Under the pieces are notes generated by a model. It was not told the origin of the DNA. It searched no databases and worked only from the letters and a program-made list of their open reading frames with translations. Positions 63,989-64,000 of a DNA stretch of 64,000 nucleotides are shown piece after piece (positions within the stretch are counted from its first letter, which is position 1; every line of letters starts with the position of its first letter). Source of the stretch: Balanoglossus misakiensis (Eukaryota > Animalia > Hemichordata). A program made the translations under genes and the position numbers. The stretch spans positions 5,907,434-5,971,433 of the forward strand of contig CM082593.2 in NCBI GenBank assembly GCA_040954595.2, in the 5' to 3' direction.

Positions 63989-64000
63989 GTTGCATGCATG

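Noticed and set aside
1-64000. CRISPR arrays, tRNA/rRNA, known miRNA hairpins, autonomous transposase or reverse-transcriptase genes
   Set aside because: None recognised. The direct repeats found have only two copies, and Rfam/miRBase scans could not be run.

Overview
Eukaryotic, intron-containing animal DNA. Gene content and repeat style suggest an invertebrate deuterostome such as a hemichordate, echinoderm or amphioxus (inference). Four genes can be reconstructed: (1) the 5'-truncated last exon of an uncharacterised zinc-finger protein with LxxLL and PLDLS motifs (1-2151, +); (2) a 3-exon ANAPC16 (4944-5638, +) not assembled in the ORF track; (3) a 2-exon NET-family repressor, ZNF503/ZNF703 (Noc/Elbow/Nlz) (45936-48392, -); (4) a 16-coding-exon ABCG2-like half transporter (57447-63653, -). 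About 40 kb 3' and about 8 kb 5' of the NET gene have no recognisable protein-coding gene. That interval looks CpG-rich, is bracketed by CTCF-like motifs, and is dense in Pbx-Hox/Cdx, TCF, RFX and nuclear-receptor motifs, consistent with a developmental regulatory block. It includes a candidate ortholog of the bilaterian enhancer Bicore2. Microsatellites and small MITE-like elements are also present. No prokaryotic-type systems, tRNA, rRNA or CRISPR arrays were seen. Motif calls are by eye and not statistically tested.
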